This document shows positions 12,961 through 31,636 of a stretch of DNA of 64,000 bases, one piece after another. Position numbers and translations under genes: made by a program. This DNA is from Blastocystis sp. Blastoise (Eukaryota > Protista > Bigyra: Opalinata): NCBI GenBank assembly GCA_039096225.1, contig JBBPEB010000024.1, positions 372,001 through 436,000 of the forward strand, read 5' to 3'. Position 1 is the first letter of the stretch, and each line of letters opens with the position of its first letter. A model generated the notes under the pieces. It made no database searches. It had not been told where the DNA came from and saw only the letters and a list, made by a program, of their open reading frames with translations.

Positions 12961-15900
12961 CTAATCATAATCATCAATTTGTCTATTATGATATGTTATA
13001 TTTAAATTAGGATTATATTTCTCTTTATAATTATTAATAAGTGATGAATATTTTGTATACGTATCATTATCTATATATAAATAATAATTTATTTACAATA
13101 TTAAATAATAAAAATATTAATAATAATATAATATATATAGATTTACCATAAAAAAGTAATGAAAGATTTCTTAAATAACAAAAATGATTATTTATAATTA
13201 AATCAATAATATTAGATATAATTGAAGATTCATCTATACCTATAAATAAATAATAATAAATACATTCATTATAATAATATATATATACATAAATTGAGGT
13301 CAATAATATTTTTACAATAATTTTGTTGTAATTGATTATATATATATTGATCATTTAAATCATTCTCATTTTCATTCTCTTCATATTTAATTATAGAATC
13401 TTTCATACATATATACGTAATAGGTTTATGAAGAAAATATAAAAAAGAAGGAAAGAAATTGAATACATTATAGGATATTGGCTCCTCTTTATAGATTATA
13501 GAAGTATTAGTAAATCATAAATAATAATAGAATAATTACTATAGTTTATGTATTTAATAACTGATAAAATACTATATATACTTTTTTTTATAATAATACT
13601 AAATGTATCTAAAAAAGGAAGAGAGAAAGAAGAATTCAATGTGAATCCCTCAATAAACTCAAGAAAACTGGATAATTCAAAATGATCTATATAAATATCT
13701 ATAAATAAAATAATAATAATAAATATACGTCCATAATCAAATTTTAAAGATATTAAATTTCTAAGTTTTTTATTCTTAAAGAAATGTGTTAAACTATTTA
13801 ATATCTTTTTTTTACCATCACCAACTATATATATATATTATAACTACTACTATTTTGCAGATATAAATTTACTTAAGTCTAATGATAAATGCTGAATATT
13901 TGACCAAAAAGGCAGACTAATATATTTTTCGGTTAAAAATATACTATTTCTAACAAAGTGACCTATATATTCATATATAATTATACATTATATATATACC
14001 ATCAATTTTGAATTCTTTAATATTATCAGAGAATAAAGAAAAAAAATGATAGATTATATCATTTAATGTATGTATATCGGATTCACAAAGTTGTTCTAAT
14101 TTCTTTTCAATATGTTTATAATCATTAGATTTATTGGTATCATAGATTTCCGAGTCATCTGTTTCCTCTAATTCTTCTTCAATATCCATATGAAAATCTA
14201 TATTATTATAATAATATGTATTCTATAATAATTATATAATTTATAACATAGTCATATTTTTAATTATATAAAACTATAATTTAATATATATATAAAATAA
14301 ATATTAAGACTATATTATAAAGAATACTTATAGCTAAAGAAGTAACAGTATTATAATTTCCTTTACACAGAAAAGAAAAGTATTTATTGATGAATTCAAC
14401 AACATCATATTCTTTATTATATAGATCACACACTAAATAGTATATATATATAGGCTATTAAAATATATGATATTATATAAAAAGATACAGTCTATTGTTA
14501 ATTTTTGTAATTCTTGATAATTCATATTCATATATATATTCTCAAGAGACTCTAATTCTTCGTAAGAAAATGAATAAATTCCTATTATATATATGTATAA
14601 AGAATAATATATATATACATACACTGAGAGATATTAAATATTTCTAATGAAGAATATAGTGAATCTTTTAAGAATAATAATAAAGATGGTATTTCTAATT
14701 GTAATAAGAACTTCAATTTATAAACTATATATTTATTATAATATATATATTCATATATACAATTAATTTTTATATTTTTGAGTTGCATACATATAGGTAA
14801 ATTTAATATATAGAATAATATATCATTAGATTCAAAATCTCTGTCACTATATATAAATTATTTATAAATATTATATATATACTATAATATTGGATGATGT
14901 CGATCAATTACTATAAATAAATGTATTATTATATATATATATATATTATACTTTCATTATCATCGACAAATATAAAATAATATAACGAATATATTATTTT
15001 GTCATCAATCGGTGAATCATTCTTCTCTTTCTTTATCATTTCTTCATTATATTCACGGGAATAATCAGATAACGATTCTATATATATATCTGGTTTCTCT
15101 TCTTCTTTCTCATTTCTTATTTCTTCATCAATATCTATATCAATAATTTCATCATGAAAATTCTCTTTTTCTTCTTTCTCAATACTCTCATTATCCCTGT
15201 GATTATTCATAGGATATATATGAACTTGACCTTTTTCTATCTTATTTTTTTTTTCTATTTCTGGATGTTCATCTTTATATATAATAAGCTTCAGGATAAT
15301 ACTTTTCATAATATTGACGTTTATATTCCTTATATAAGGGTATATAATGAATATCAGTTGACTTAATTTGTATATAGTTCTTTAATGGATAATAACAAGC
15401 TAGATATGTAATAAATTTATGAATATAAGAGAATATACCATCTATAACATAACGTTTTATTTTTGGAAATAAGTCATGTAAATTAGAAGGATATATATAT
15501 TCATAAGGAATTCTATCATCAAAATCATCTATATATATATTTATTATTATATATTTATTATATATATACATTGTAGAGTGACGTCTATAACATTAAAATA
15601 ATCAAATAAATAAGAATGTTGAAGAAATAACTTGTTTCTTTCCTCAGTAAATACATCTAAATAATAATATGAATAAAAAATAAAAAATACTGAAATATAT
15701 AATATTAACGAACCTTTTAGAGTCACATGAATAAAATTCCTAGAATAGCATTTTATCTCATTATCTCTATATATTTATATTATTATTGTTATTAAAGAGC
15801 ATACACTTCACAATTATTTTCTTCAATAAATGTCAAGAATAATTGGACAAGAAAATCAGTAATCTTCATTTGGTAATCAATCGATTCATATCCTAAAAAA

Positions 15901-16235
15901 TGAGTTAAAGTTTCGTTCAAATCAATAAGTTCCTGAAATGAGAATGAATCAAGAGGAACAGAATTACACATGACATCCACTAATTTATCAATAGATAAAA
16001 ATGGAGAATCGATATAATAGGCCCCTTCATCTTCCAAATAACTTTCAGAACTCGTATATGCTTTATATAACATAGAATTTTGATAATTCTTCAAAAACGA
16101 CAATGGAATACTTATCTTCCTCTCATCTTGAAAAATAAGGTTTATATGTGATATCTCATCACTTCTAGCACTCAGTAGGCCTAAATTATCGCACTTTCGT
16201 TTCTTATGTACATATAAATGTGTTTCTTGGGACAT
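12961..16235 (-). CDS. Intron-rich BTB-like + LRR-like gene (divergent member B)
   Basis: MSQETHLY..IFQDERKISIPLSFLKNYQNSMLY..DEGAYYID (T1/BTB-like). IPYEYIYPSNLHDLFPKI matches IPLKYIHPSNIRNIFPSL of member A. Last exon DNDTYTKY..IDDYD-TAG at 12961. Confidence 0.7.
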
Positions 16236-16577
16236 TCTCAAAGTACTAATAGATATATCTATATATTTTTGATAGACATATGATACATAAAATAAAATTA
16301 TTTTGGATATTCTAGTATTTGCTACAAAAATAAAATATGAATAAGAAAAAATTATTTTTTTACTGCTAAAAAGGAAAGATTCCGTGATTATAAGAAGAAA
16401 ACTAGATTCTAGTTTAAAAAAAGTGTTCTTGTTTTATTTTATAAGTTTAATAAGTTTCTCTTTGTTTATTTTATAAATTTATCAAGTATAATTATTGTAC
16501 GTGTTGAAAATTATATTTGAAAATACTTTTCTTTCAATATTTTGTAATTCCATTGTTAACATTGTTTATTTAGAATC

Positions 16578-20467
<3,890 letters not shown>

Positions 20468-21997
20468 TAAATTCTTTATGTATATAATTCTTTATAACTT
20501 ATATGATTACTTTTTTGATAATTTTTTTTTTATTATTATTTCATTTATTAACGTTTTTATAAAGTTTATATATATTATTTTATTAATATATTTTCTTGTT
20601 TTATTTTTAAATATAAAAAAACTACTGATTCAAAAAAAAATATAAATTTTTGTAATATATTTAAATGATTAGATTATAGAATACTATTTAGTGTTTATTA
20701 TATATTTAATTTTTTGTGTTCATAAAGAACAAACTTTATAAATATTTCTGCAGAATTATAATTATCACAATGATATTCTCAACTATGTCTAAAAACTGTT
20801 TTTAATGTTGTTTTTAAAAATACATTAGAATTACGATATCTTGATAAACAAATTAATTAATATGATAAGAAAATCAATAAGTTTTTTACAATTTATTTTG
20901 CTTACTATTTTGCATATAAGATTTTTCTATTTAAGAACAGTTAGTTAGCAAGTGTTATAAGATAATTAAACAGATTATTTACTCCATATTTTTTATTTTC
21001 AATATAGATAATAGTTTATAATGAAGTATTAGTACATAAATAATTAAATTGAAATACTAATGAATCAAATCATAACTGTATTAATATATGTATTGTTAAT
21101 AAAATATATTTTAATTAAAATACAACGAGAATAATCATATTGGTGTTTTAATTCTTATTAAAAACTATTATATATTAAATAATCTTTAAATATAAAATAT
21201 TAAAAGAGAATTATGGGCAAATTATAGGTAAAATAAAATCATATATATATTAATCATTCATGTATGTTTCTATTAATATATAAGCGATATATTAATACAT
21301 ACTCCATAGTTAATAATATCCTATTGAAGAGAATATCAAAAATACTTATTCTTCCATATATATAGATAATTTAGTATCTATACGAATATGATAATTTGGA
21401 TATCTTAATCAATTATTTTATAAATATAAAGACAATAAAAAAGTATAAACATAAAATGGCAGAATAATTAGAAGGAAATAGAAAATAAAGGAAGACTTTT
21501 GTATCTAAACACTAAAGAAGAGATTTTATTTGAGGAATAGAAACATATTGTGTAAATATGATATAAAAATAATTAATAAAGTATAAAATTCAGTCAGAAA
21601 TCGGCAATGATTAAAAAACAATATATATTTCTTCATTTCTAAATAAGTAACGATTAGTATATATAAATATGTATACAAATGAAAATAAAAATAGATATGT
21701 ATCTGTTTAAAATAAGAGATTTATTAATCAAAATGAAAAATAATCAAGAGATATATACGAATTAAGCATCTCATTCTGTCTCTAGCATCTTCTTGATTTC
21801 ATATTAGTATTTAATTACCTATTTTAAGGAATCCTTAGTAGATTCTTGTAGATCCTATTAATTAATAATCATTTAAAATAATAGTTTTCATTTTAATTGA
21901 ATAATAAGAGAATAATAAAGAATCAAAAGTTATTTATTTAAAGAACAAAATAAACAGGGGAAAAATCTATATTTATTTAATTAACTTTATTTCATTA

Positions 21998-23525
21998 ATG
22001 GTGAAAGAAAAGGAGTTATTTGATATTGATAAATTCAATAGATTGAAGGAGGATATCAATATATATGAAGAATTGATGAAGGATGTTGTTAATGTATTTG
22101 GATCAGTAATGAATCTTGGTATACATTCTGGAATGTCGATTAATAGACTTATAAAACATATTGGAGATGATTGTATTGAAAAGGAAGGTGAAAGAAACGC
22201 ATTTGAAAAGAAATGTGTTTATGAAAGTAATAATAATGAAGATATGAAGATGGATATGGATGATAATGATGATAATGATGTGGATTTCATTAGATTTACG
22301 AATAATGGCCCTGTATTTCAAATATCGAAATCTGTTTTAGATACTTTGAAAGGTTCTTTTATAGATGATCAACGTGAAGAAGAAAAAAGAACGAATGATG
22401 GAACTGCATTTCTTGATTATAGAGGTAATGATATTTTTATTTACTATTTATTAGATTATTTGAATGAAAAGAAAGTAGATTTTAATCAATTTTCTTATGA
22501 AGAACAATTAGAAATATTGAATTTATTTGAATTTTGTGGATTAGTAATTCCTATAGAATTAATAGATTGTAGAGAAAGAAGAGATCGAAAGATGAAGAAA
22601 TATGAAGAAGGAGATGAAGTAAAATTGATTATTAATGGAGAGAAAAATGATATTATTAAAGAATATTTAGTAAAGAATGGATTATGGAATAATTATGTTA
22701 AGAATTATGATAATGGATTTATCAATTATAATCATATAACTGATAATTTATATGTGAATAAAAAATATGAATATATTGAATATATTACTCAATATGTGAA
22801 TAATGGATATATAGATATAGAAGAAGATAAGATTATTGATATTAATAAAGAATTATTAGATAAAGAAATGATTGAATTATTTGGTGAAAAAGGAAAGGAA
22901 GAAGCGAATTCATGTTTGACGATGAAACCACAGTTTTCTGATTCTTTGATTCTTCGTGATAAAGAGATGGATTATCAATTACAAAAATGGCTTGGTAAAG
23001 AAAAGAAATGGAAATTATTATTTAGGTATTTTTATCTTATTGTATTATATCATTATATATAGAGCAAGTGAACATAATTATTCTGCAAATGAATTTCATA
23101 AATATTGTGATAATAAAGGAGAAACAGTGACTATAATCAAGCATAAAGGTCATGATAATTATATTAATATATTTGGAGGATATACAGATCAAAGTTGGGC
23201 TGGTTCAGGTTCTAAATCTTTTTCTAAAGAATTTCTATTTACTTTAAGTAATGAACATGGTATTCCTCCTACTAAATATGATTATATAAATAGTGATAGA
23301 AGTTATGCTATATATTGTTATTCTTCTTATGGTCCCATATTTGGAGGTGGCCATGACATCAAGATATCTGATCAATGTTATAGTAATACTGATTCTTATT
23401 GTAATGCACATTCTTATTCTGAAGTAAGTACTCCTCAAAAACATTCATTATTTGTGAATACTAATGATTCTAATTCTGGTAATAGTTTTACAGTAGAAGA
23501 TTATGAAGTCTGGGGAAGAATATAA
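21998..23525 (+). CDS. BTB/POZ-like + TLDc domain protein, copy 2 (intact, 496 aa)
   Basis: Exons 21998-23025 and 23063-23525 (37-nt intron) give 1491 nt in frame; full set of TLDc motifs. Confidence 0.88.
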
Positions 23526-23781
23526 TATTAAAATTCCTTATTATTTTTTTATTTCAATCGGTATTTATATTTTTTGTTTTTCTTTATTGGAAATTTTTTT
23601 TCAATATATATATATTATTTTTCATAAATTAAATATATAAAAGTAGTTTTGTTAATTGTCTTATAACTGTAATTTAATTATTAAAAGTTTATTAATAGTA
23701 ATCAATATATAATTTTTTAGGAATAAAAAAATATCCTTTTATTAGAAATACTTTATATAAATATATCTATTTTATGGATAT

Positions 23782-26561
23782 CACTGGTGGGCAGCTTTTT
23801 CCCTTTTATACCAGGTTCCCCATAAATTTATACCAAAATTACGAAAAAATCGGTCTTTAATTTTTTTTATACCGACGAAAGTAATTTATACCACAAAAAT
23901 AAAAATAAACTTGGTATAATGTTGTGTAGACACTCATATAAATTCGTTGTTTTATATTTATATATTTATATCTAAGAAATTGATAGTAAGATGTTTTATT
24001 TGTATATTAACTGATAATTTAAGACTTTCTATAACATATTCAAGAAATTATCCACAATATCTAGGACAATCATTTTTAATTTTGTTCGGCAATTTGCTTA
24101 ATTGAATTATTCACGTATACTAACGAATTCACAGACTCGAAAGAACATAGAATTGAATATGAATTATGATAAAGTTGCCATTCTTATGAATGTCAGAAAA
24201 TTGTCACTGGCGGACCATTTTCTTGTCCAGGGTTAGGGTTAGGGTTTGAGTTCAGTTTAAGACAAAAAAAAGAAAAAAATCGGTCGAAAAAAAGTCTTTA
24301 ACTAACAAAAGAAAAAATTGTATAAAAAAAATTATTTTTTTAAAAAATCAAAAATTTATTTTTAAGCTTATCAAGCTTTGTTGATTGCTTTTCATTTATT
24401 TTCGAGCATCAACTATCTCAAGAAGTCTGTGAACCTTTAAATTAGTAAATATTTTATAATTATTTTATATACAAATACTTAATCAGTAATTATGTTATCG
24501 TTTATTTATTTTTAGAACTTATAGATGTCACCAACAGTTTCAAGCCTTCTCTTTAGTCACGCAGGTCTCTTCAAAAGTATATAAATATAAAATATAATAA
24601 TTTTGTCTAATTTCTATTTTATTTATTTAGGTTGTAATTGAATGAGATCATTCAATTTGCTTTAATGGTAGTAATGGATGGTTTCAAATCAAAAAAATTT
24701 CAAAATAAATTAAAAAGGAGAGAATGGGAGACATTCATTTCCGTATATATTTATTATTATTTATTTTTTTATTTATTTTTACTTTATTCACTATCTATAT
24801 TACTCTAGGGTAGTTATCGAATCTTGAAAAAGTGATTTAATTGAAAGAATTGTTTTTCGTATTTATTATTAGGTATTTATAAATTTTTTTATTATTATTA
24901 GTTTTGTATTTTTATAATATTCTATTTTCTTATTTTAGATGTAGATTGAATTAAAATATATTGGAGAATATTGTTTTATATATTTATTTTATTTTAGATT
25001 TATTTATTCACTTTTTTATATAGAATTGAATGTATTAAAATTTATATTATTTATTACTCTATATATTTATAAATTATTTATTATCATTATTATATATATA
25101 TTTTTTATATATTCATTCTATTTATTATTTATATAGTATCATTTGATTAATTGAACAATTATATCAAAGTTCATTATAGAAAATTATTGTATATATATAT
25201 ATATATATATTATTATATATTATTATATATATATATATATATTATTATATATATATATATTATTATATATATATATATTATTAAGAATATTTCTCAATTT
25301 TTTCAATATATTTTTAAATTATTAAAATGATTTTGTATTATATATATAGGCATCTAATACTATTTGAATACTGAGAATTAATCAGCATAAAGATAGAACA
25401 TAGGTTATTACTACTTGCTTTCATTATAATATGGTATATATATATTATATATTGTAGTATTTATTATATATCTATGTCTATAGCAGAATAAAATATTTAG
25501 AATTAAAGAAAACAGTTATTATTATATTGATTATGACGAATCTTAAATGATTTATATATATAATTATGTATATATATATTATTATATATATTATTATATA
25601 TAATGTTTTCTATATACATATATTATTATTATATTGTTTATTATATATATATATATATAGTTTTTCAGTATAATAGAAACTAGACAATTGAATAAATTCT
25701 TATAGGGAAAAATATAGAAAAGTTTATTCCTTTTAATAAAAGGATTTGGAAAATTAGTATATTAATAATTTTGTTTATATGGATTAATCTCGATTATATA
25801 TTTATATATATATCTTTATTTATATGCATTTTAATGTTATTATTGTAAAAAAATAGTTATATATATATTATTATATTATTATATATAATTATATTATTAT
25901 TATCTTTATTATTACTATTTTTATTTCATAGATATATATGAATATAGATATAGATAGACTTCTCTCGATTGTAATAAGAATGGGTTAGTGTCAAGAGAGT
26001 CTCACTATTTATTGCGAGTTCAGTTTATTTGGAATTATATCAAGTTAAACATATTATTATAAAAGTATATATTTAATTATAATATTTCCAAATAAATATA
26101 TTATTATATGTATCTATTATATATAGTTTAGTATCATGAAAAGAAAGTGGTAGAGAAGTTACTATGAACCCTCAAAAATGTCTTTTCTTTTGGTTAATCT
26201 GTTTTATATGGTTTAACATACTATTATGTATATTATTAAATATATATTACTGTTATTACACTTTATATATAACATTATATATTACTATATATTATAAATT
26301 CATTTTAGCTTTCTCTATCTATAGTTATATATGTATTAAATCAACAAGGAGATATTATATATATGTTTTGAATATTGTGCTTCTTATGATGTGAATAAAA
26401 TATAAAATAAGAATTCGAGATTATTCATATAAGTATATATATTAAAATTACTATGTATTTATTAATTTATATTATAATATATATATAGTTAAATATATTT
26501 ATGATTCTTCTTTAGTAGAGAATCACAGTTTACATAAAGTATATATTATGTATATACAATA

Positions 26562-26603
<42 letters not shown>

Positions 26604-29183
26604 TTTAGCTACTATTCTATATGTATTTGTCTATATTTATTTTTATATAAACATATATAGTGTAAGAATACATTATTCTTTCTTGAGTACTCAATGAAAT
26701 TTATGTTATTTGTTTCTGGTACTACTATCTCTCCTATAGTATATAATGTTATTATTATTATATCATTTTTTATATTTATATGTATATATTATTATACATA
26801 AAACTATATATATATATACATATATGTTATTATATACGTTTAACAAACAATTTAGAATACTATATCTATTATATCTATTTATAAATAGATCATTTTTCCC
26901 GTGATTCTTCTTATACTTTCACCTTTAGAATTAATATACTTAAGTAGAAAATAAATGCCTTAAAATGAGATTAATTACTCTTAATTATTGTATTCTTCAA
27001 CTAATTAATATATACATATATAATAAAAAGAATAGATAGAAATGAAGACTAATGAAATGAGAGAGTTTTATTTATATCGAGGAATGTGTTGAATGTTTCA
27101 GTATATATATATTCATTTATTAATCTTTATTTATATCTATTTATATCTATTTAAATATATTTATATTTATTTATGTCTATTTATATCTATTTATATTTAT
27201 TTATATTTATTTATATTTATTTATATTTATTTATATTTATTTATATTTATTTATATTTATTTATATTTATTTATATTTATTTATATCTGTTTATATTTAT
27301 ATATATGTTTATATTTATTTATATTTATTTATATATCTATTTATATTTATTTATATCTATTTATATCTATTTATATTTATTTATATCTATTTATATTTAT
27401 TTATATCTATTTAAATATATTTATATAGATTAAATAGATATATAATTATTGTAATTCTTTTCTCTACTACTATTACTCTTTCTCTTAATCAGTAGCCTGT
27501 TTTAAAAAGATAATATATACAATGGAGAATGAACAATATATACGTATATGTACATATAGGTTATATACATGGATTATATATATATAGGTTATATAATAAA
27601 TGTTATATATATATATAAATCTATCCTAAATTAAAATAATCAACTAGTATTTATTAACTCATTCTTATTATAAGTAATTATATTATATTGTTGTTTTTAT
27701 ATTTACTTTTTATTATATATATATCTTTTTATTATTATAATATTAATAAATTATTTTATTTATTCTCTTTGTATAATATATAATAGTTAATAATCTTTTA
27801 GTTTTTATAATCTTTTTTAAATGAAAATAATTGAAAATAAAGCTTGTATATATATATTTATAATATTTTTAGAAAATATTTTTATTTATTGAAAATAACC
27901 TTAAAACCATTTAATTAAGCTTTTTAAAAGCTAATTTTACACTTATTCATCTCTACAAGTGTATTGCTATTAAAAGAAAACATAAATATAATAAAATATT
28001 TTATCTCAGTATTTGTTAATCAGTTTGATAAAAGTTCGTTATTTGTATATATTTTGACTCAAAACGACTCACTGACAATCAATCAACACTACAACGTCAA
28101 TAAAGCTCATAAGTAAAACAAATATGAAAGTAATTGCCTTCAAGAATGGAAGTTTTTTACACCAGTAACCTTAAAACCATTGTCAGAGTACAATTTATAT
28201 ATTTATAAACAACCATATTACACAAGCATTAATATATACATTTTTCTTAACTTCAAAGTGAAGTTTTACTAAAAATATTACAGAGTCGAAATAACCCCTG
28301 GATTTTAGTACTTTTCTTATATATAAAAAAATTTCATACAAATTCATATTCAGGGCCATGCTTATTCTTTTTTCAAGAAAATTCTTACAAATATCTTTAT
28401 ATTTATTAATATTTATAAAGTTGGTTGTTTTCTTTAAAATGGTATTTTTTTCATTCCTTTTATATCTATTATTCTATAGCTTGTATATATAACTCAAATT
28501 ATTCAAAAATAAGCACAGATTCTCTTGGCGATTCTAAATATAGCTTCTTCTATAACGATCAGCTGACCAGAAATAACTTGATTTCAAAGGTAACCTCTCT
28601 TGTTGTTCTGCTTCAAGGAAATGCGATTCTCCATGAGCTCTTAAACTGTATGTATTTATTTATCCTTTTATTTATTACATTTCTATAATTATATTTTTAT
28701 AGGTTCCTTATATGAGTAGAAAACAAAGTCCCTCGGTCAAAATTAAATAATAGTTTTTTATATTTTACTTTATTTAATTGTTTATTCTTTTATTTTTTTG
28801 TATTTTGTTATTTTTATTGTTTTTTATGCTTAAACAACTAAAATATGTATTAAAAGAAGACAAAGAAATAATGTGTTTAAAACAGTCTAAAATAATCCTA
28901 ATGAAAGTCTAAAATGTAAAATAGATGTTGTTATGGACATTTTTATCTTATATATATCAACAGTAAATACAACCACTGTCATTATGGAATACCAAAAAAA
29001 AACATTAAAAATAAGTCGTAGTCATAAAAAGATACATGGCCCGTCACTATAGGAATACAAAACCCACCATAAGTTTATACCAGGAAAAGTCCTGTATATA
29101 CCAGAAAATCACTTTTTTTATACCAAAAAACAGCTAGGGTGCATACCAGAATTTTCACGATTTTAAAAAGCTGCCCACCAGTG
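23782..29183 (+). mobile_element. CACTG-ended (CACTA/CMC-type) element, copy 1, non-autonomous/decayed
   Basis: TIRs CACTGGTGGGCAGCTTTTT (23782) and AAAAAGCTGCCCACCAGTG (ends 29183). Clusters of subterminal TATACC repeats at both ends. Confidence 0.9.
27121..27430. repeat. 10-nt minisatellite (TTATATTTAT/TTATATCTAT), ~30 units
   Basis: Directly visible 10-nt periodicity; it produces the spurious YLYLFIFIYI ORFs. Confidence 0.9.
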
Positions 29184-29228
29184 TTAATAAACCCATAAAA
29201 AGCATACATATAAATAATTATTTATAAT

Positions 29229-31585
29229 TTAATTCTCATCATCTTGTAAACGACATTGAATAATTTCACAATAAAATAAATGAGTATCATTATAAGACTG
29301 TAATAATGTCACTTCTTCATTAAAATCAAATGATGCTATATATATTATAAATTCTATATTAAAAATATATTTATAAATATATTTTAATTTTCTTCAAGAA
29401 TGGAAATGTATCTTTTACTACTAACTGTACAATATTTGTGAATACTGAACTATTTGATATAACTAAAATATAAATATACATTACAAACATATATATAAAT
29501 CATAATAAAAATACATATTTCTAAGTATTGAATATTCTTTGAATACTTTGAGTTTAATTGAAAATATATATAGTTTTCATAGGATTGAATAGAGTTACCA
29601 AAACAGCAAATATCTTTACACATAATAATAGAAGTAATTGGTTTATGTAAATAAAAAGAGAAGGATGGAAATGATTCAAGTAGATGAATATCAATAGTGT
29701 TATCACCAACTATAGAATAGGAAAATCATGATGAATTCTAGTTATTATTATATATAACTTATTAATATATATATAATAATTATAAAGTGAAAAAATGTTA
29801 AATATGTATATAAATAGAATAATGAATTCAATTAGAATATATATACACATTGGTTGAATTGATAGATTGAACATATTAAGATTATGAAAAGAAGAAGAAG
29901 AAACGTTTTTGAATGAATCAATAAATGTATATATATGAGTCATATCAAACGAGATAGAACCTAAATAGTGTTTTATATAATAATAATATAGTTAATTAAT
30001 TGAAATAATTAAATACATATATATATAGTTTAGTATATAATTATTAGATTTGTATAATAAAAAAACAATAATAAAATAAATATAGATCATAAAATTGATT
30101 AATAATATTATAAGAACACTATAATACTCTAGTATAAAATAGAATATAGTATATATACAAGGACATAGAATAGATACTATTTTCAAGTTATTTAATTGTC
30201 TTTTATCAAGTTCATTAAATAGAGTAAGACTTAAACTTTCTATAGTATCATCCATATATATATACATTAATTATAGAATCGATATTCATATATATTTTAT
30301 ACTCAAATAAAGATATAATTCTTGTAAATTAGATCATAAATGTAGTTGTATAGTATCCTTTGAAAACAATAAATATTTTGCTAGAATAAAATCTATATAT
30401 GTAAATTATAATTAATATTTTGAATAAGAATAAAAATAATATTTATACCTGAAATATATATATATATTGAATATTATTTGTAAATAAAGAAAAGAATTTA
30501 TAAAAAACATCATTAATTTCCTTTGTATATTGTAAATTAGGTGTTTCAAATGATGAAAAATAAGATTGATGTTTATCTATATATATATAATCAATATTCA
30601 TTGTTTATAATTTTAATATATATAACTATTGTTAATTTATTCACAGTAGTATAATTACATGTTGATAAGAATGACAAATATTCATTATAATACTCATTTA
30701 TCGTTTCATCTATAATATCAATTACTATATATATATATATAAAGAAAAGAATAATAAATGATTACAGTGAATAGATATTGCTTCTAAATGATCACAATTG
30801 ATTCGTTCATATATATATATTCCATCCTGTGTAATATAGTATAATCTGTAATATTAGCTTCTATATATATTATATTATAATAATTTAATTTTTAATATTG
30901 AATATTTTATTATATATAGTATTTCAATAAAATATTATCTTAATATAAATAATATATATAAAATAAATATATACCGATATCAATGAATTTAGCAGGATAT
31001 AAGTTCAAATCAATAAGTGAATAATCACTGAGACTTTTAGATATATCATCAACTATATAAATAAATAATATAGAATAATTTTATATATATAACAATATAC
31101 AATCAAAATAAACGTCATAATCAATTAATAATCCTGAATATAATACTCTTTTCATTAATTCATCAAATGTATCAATTAATATATATGCTAAATATTATTC
31201 ACAATTAAAATCATTATATATATATACATTGAATAGTAATATCATGATGTTTCTTCACTTGAAAAATAGTTTCTAATGGTTCTACATTTATAGGAAATGT
31301 ATTCTTATATAAGTTTGAATGTTTTATATATATTATATCTATTAATTCTAAAAGTGAATACCGTACTAAATATTTGGCGAATCTGGATTGAATATCGTAC
31401 GGACAACAACAATAATAATTACTAAGATCATATATAGATAACTTTGGGAAATGAGTTCTTGTAAAGAAATGAAGTAATTCAATTTGAAATTCGATATCAC
31501 AATGATCTGTATGATCACCTATATATAGAAAATATTTAAATAGATTAGAATGTATTGATATTTCTTTCTTGTAATTCTTATCCTA
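29229..31585 (-). pseudogene. 5'-truncated LRR-like family member (closest to B) in the spacer between the two elements
   Basis: FPSFSFYLHKPIT matches FPSFLYFLHKPIT of B; THFPKL motif; internal TGA where B has Trp; last exon ..CRLQDDEN-TAA at 29229; no BTB-like N-terminus before the TIR at 31637. Confidence 0.65.
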
Positions 31586-31636
31586 CATATGTTTTATTGA
31601 TTTATTCTTAGAATTTATATCTTATTTTTAATATAT

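Noticed and set aside
27093-27433. ORFs rich in Y/I/L/F, also at 17887-18270
   Set aside because: Translations of mini- and microsatellites.
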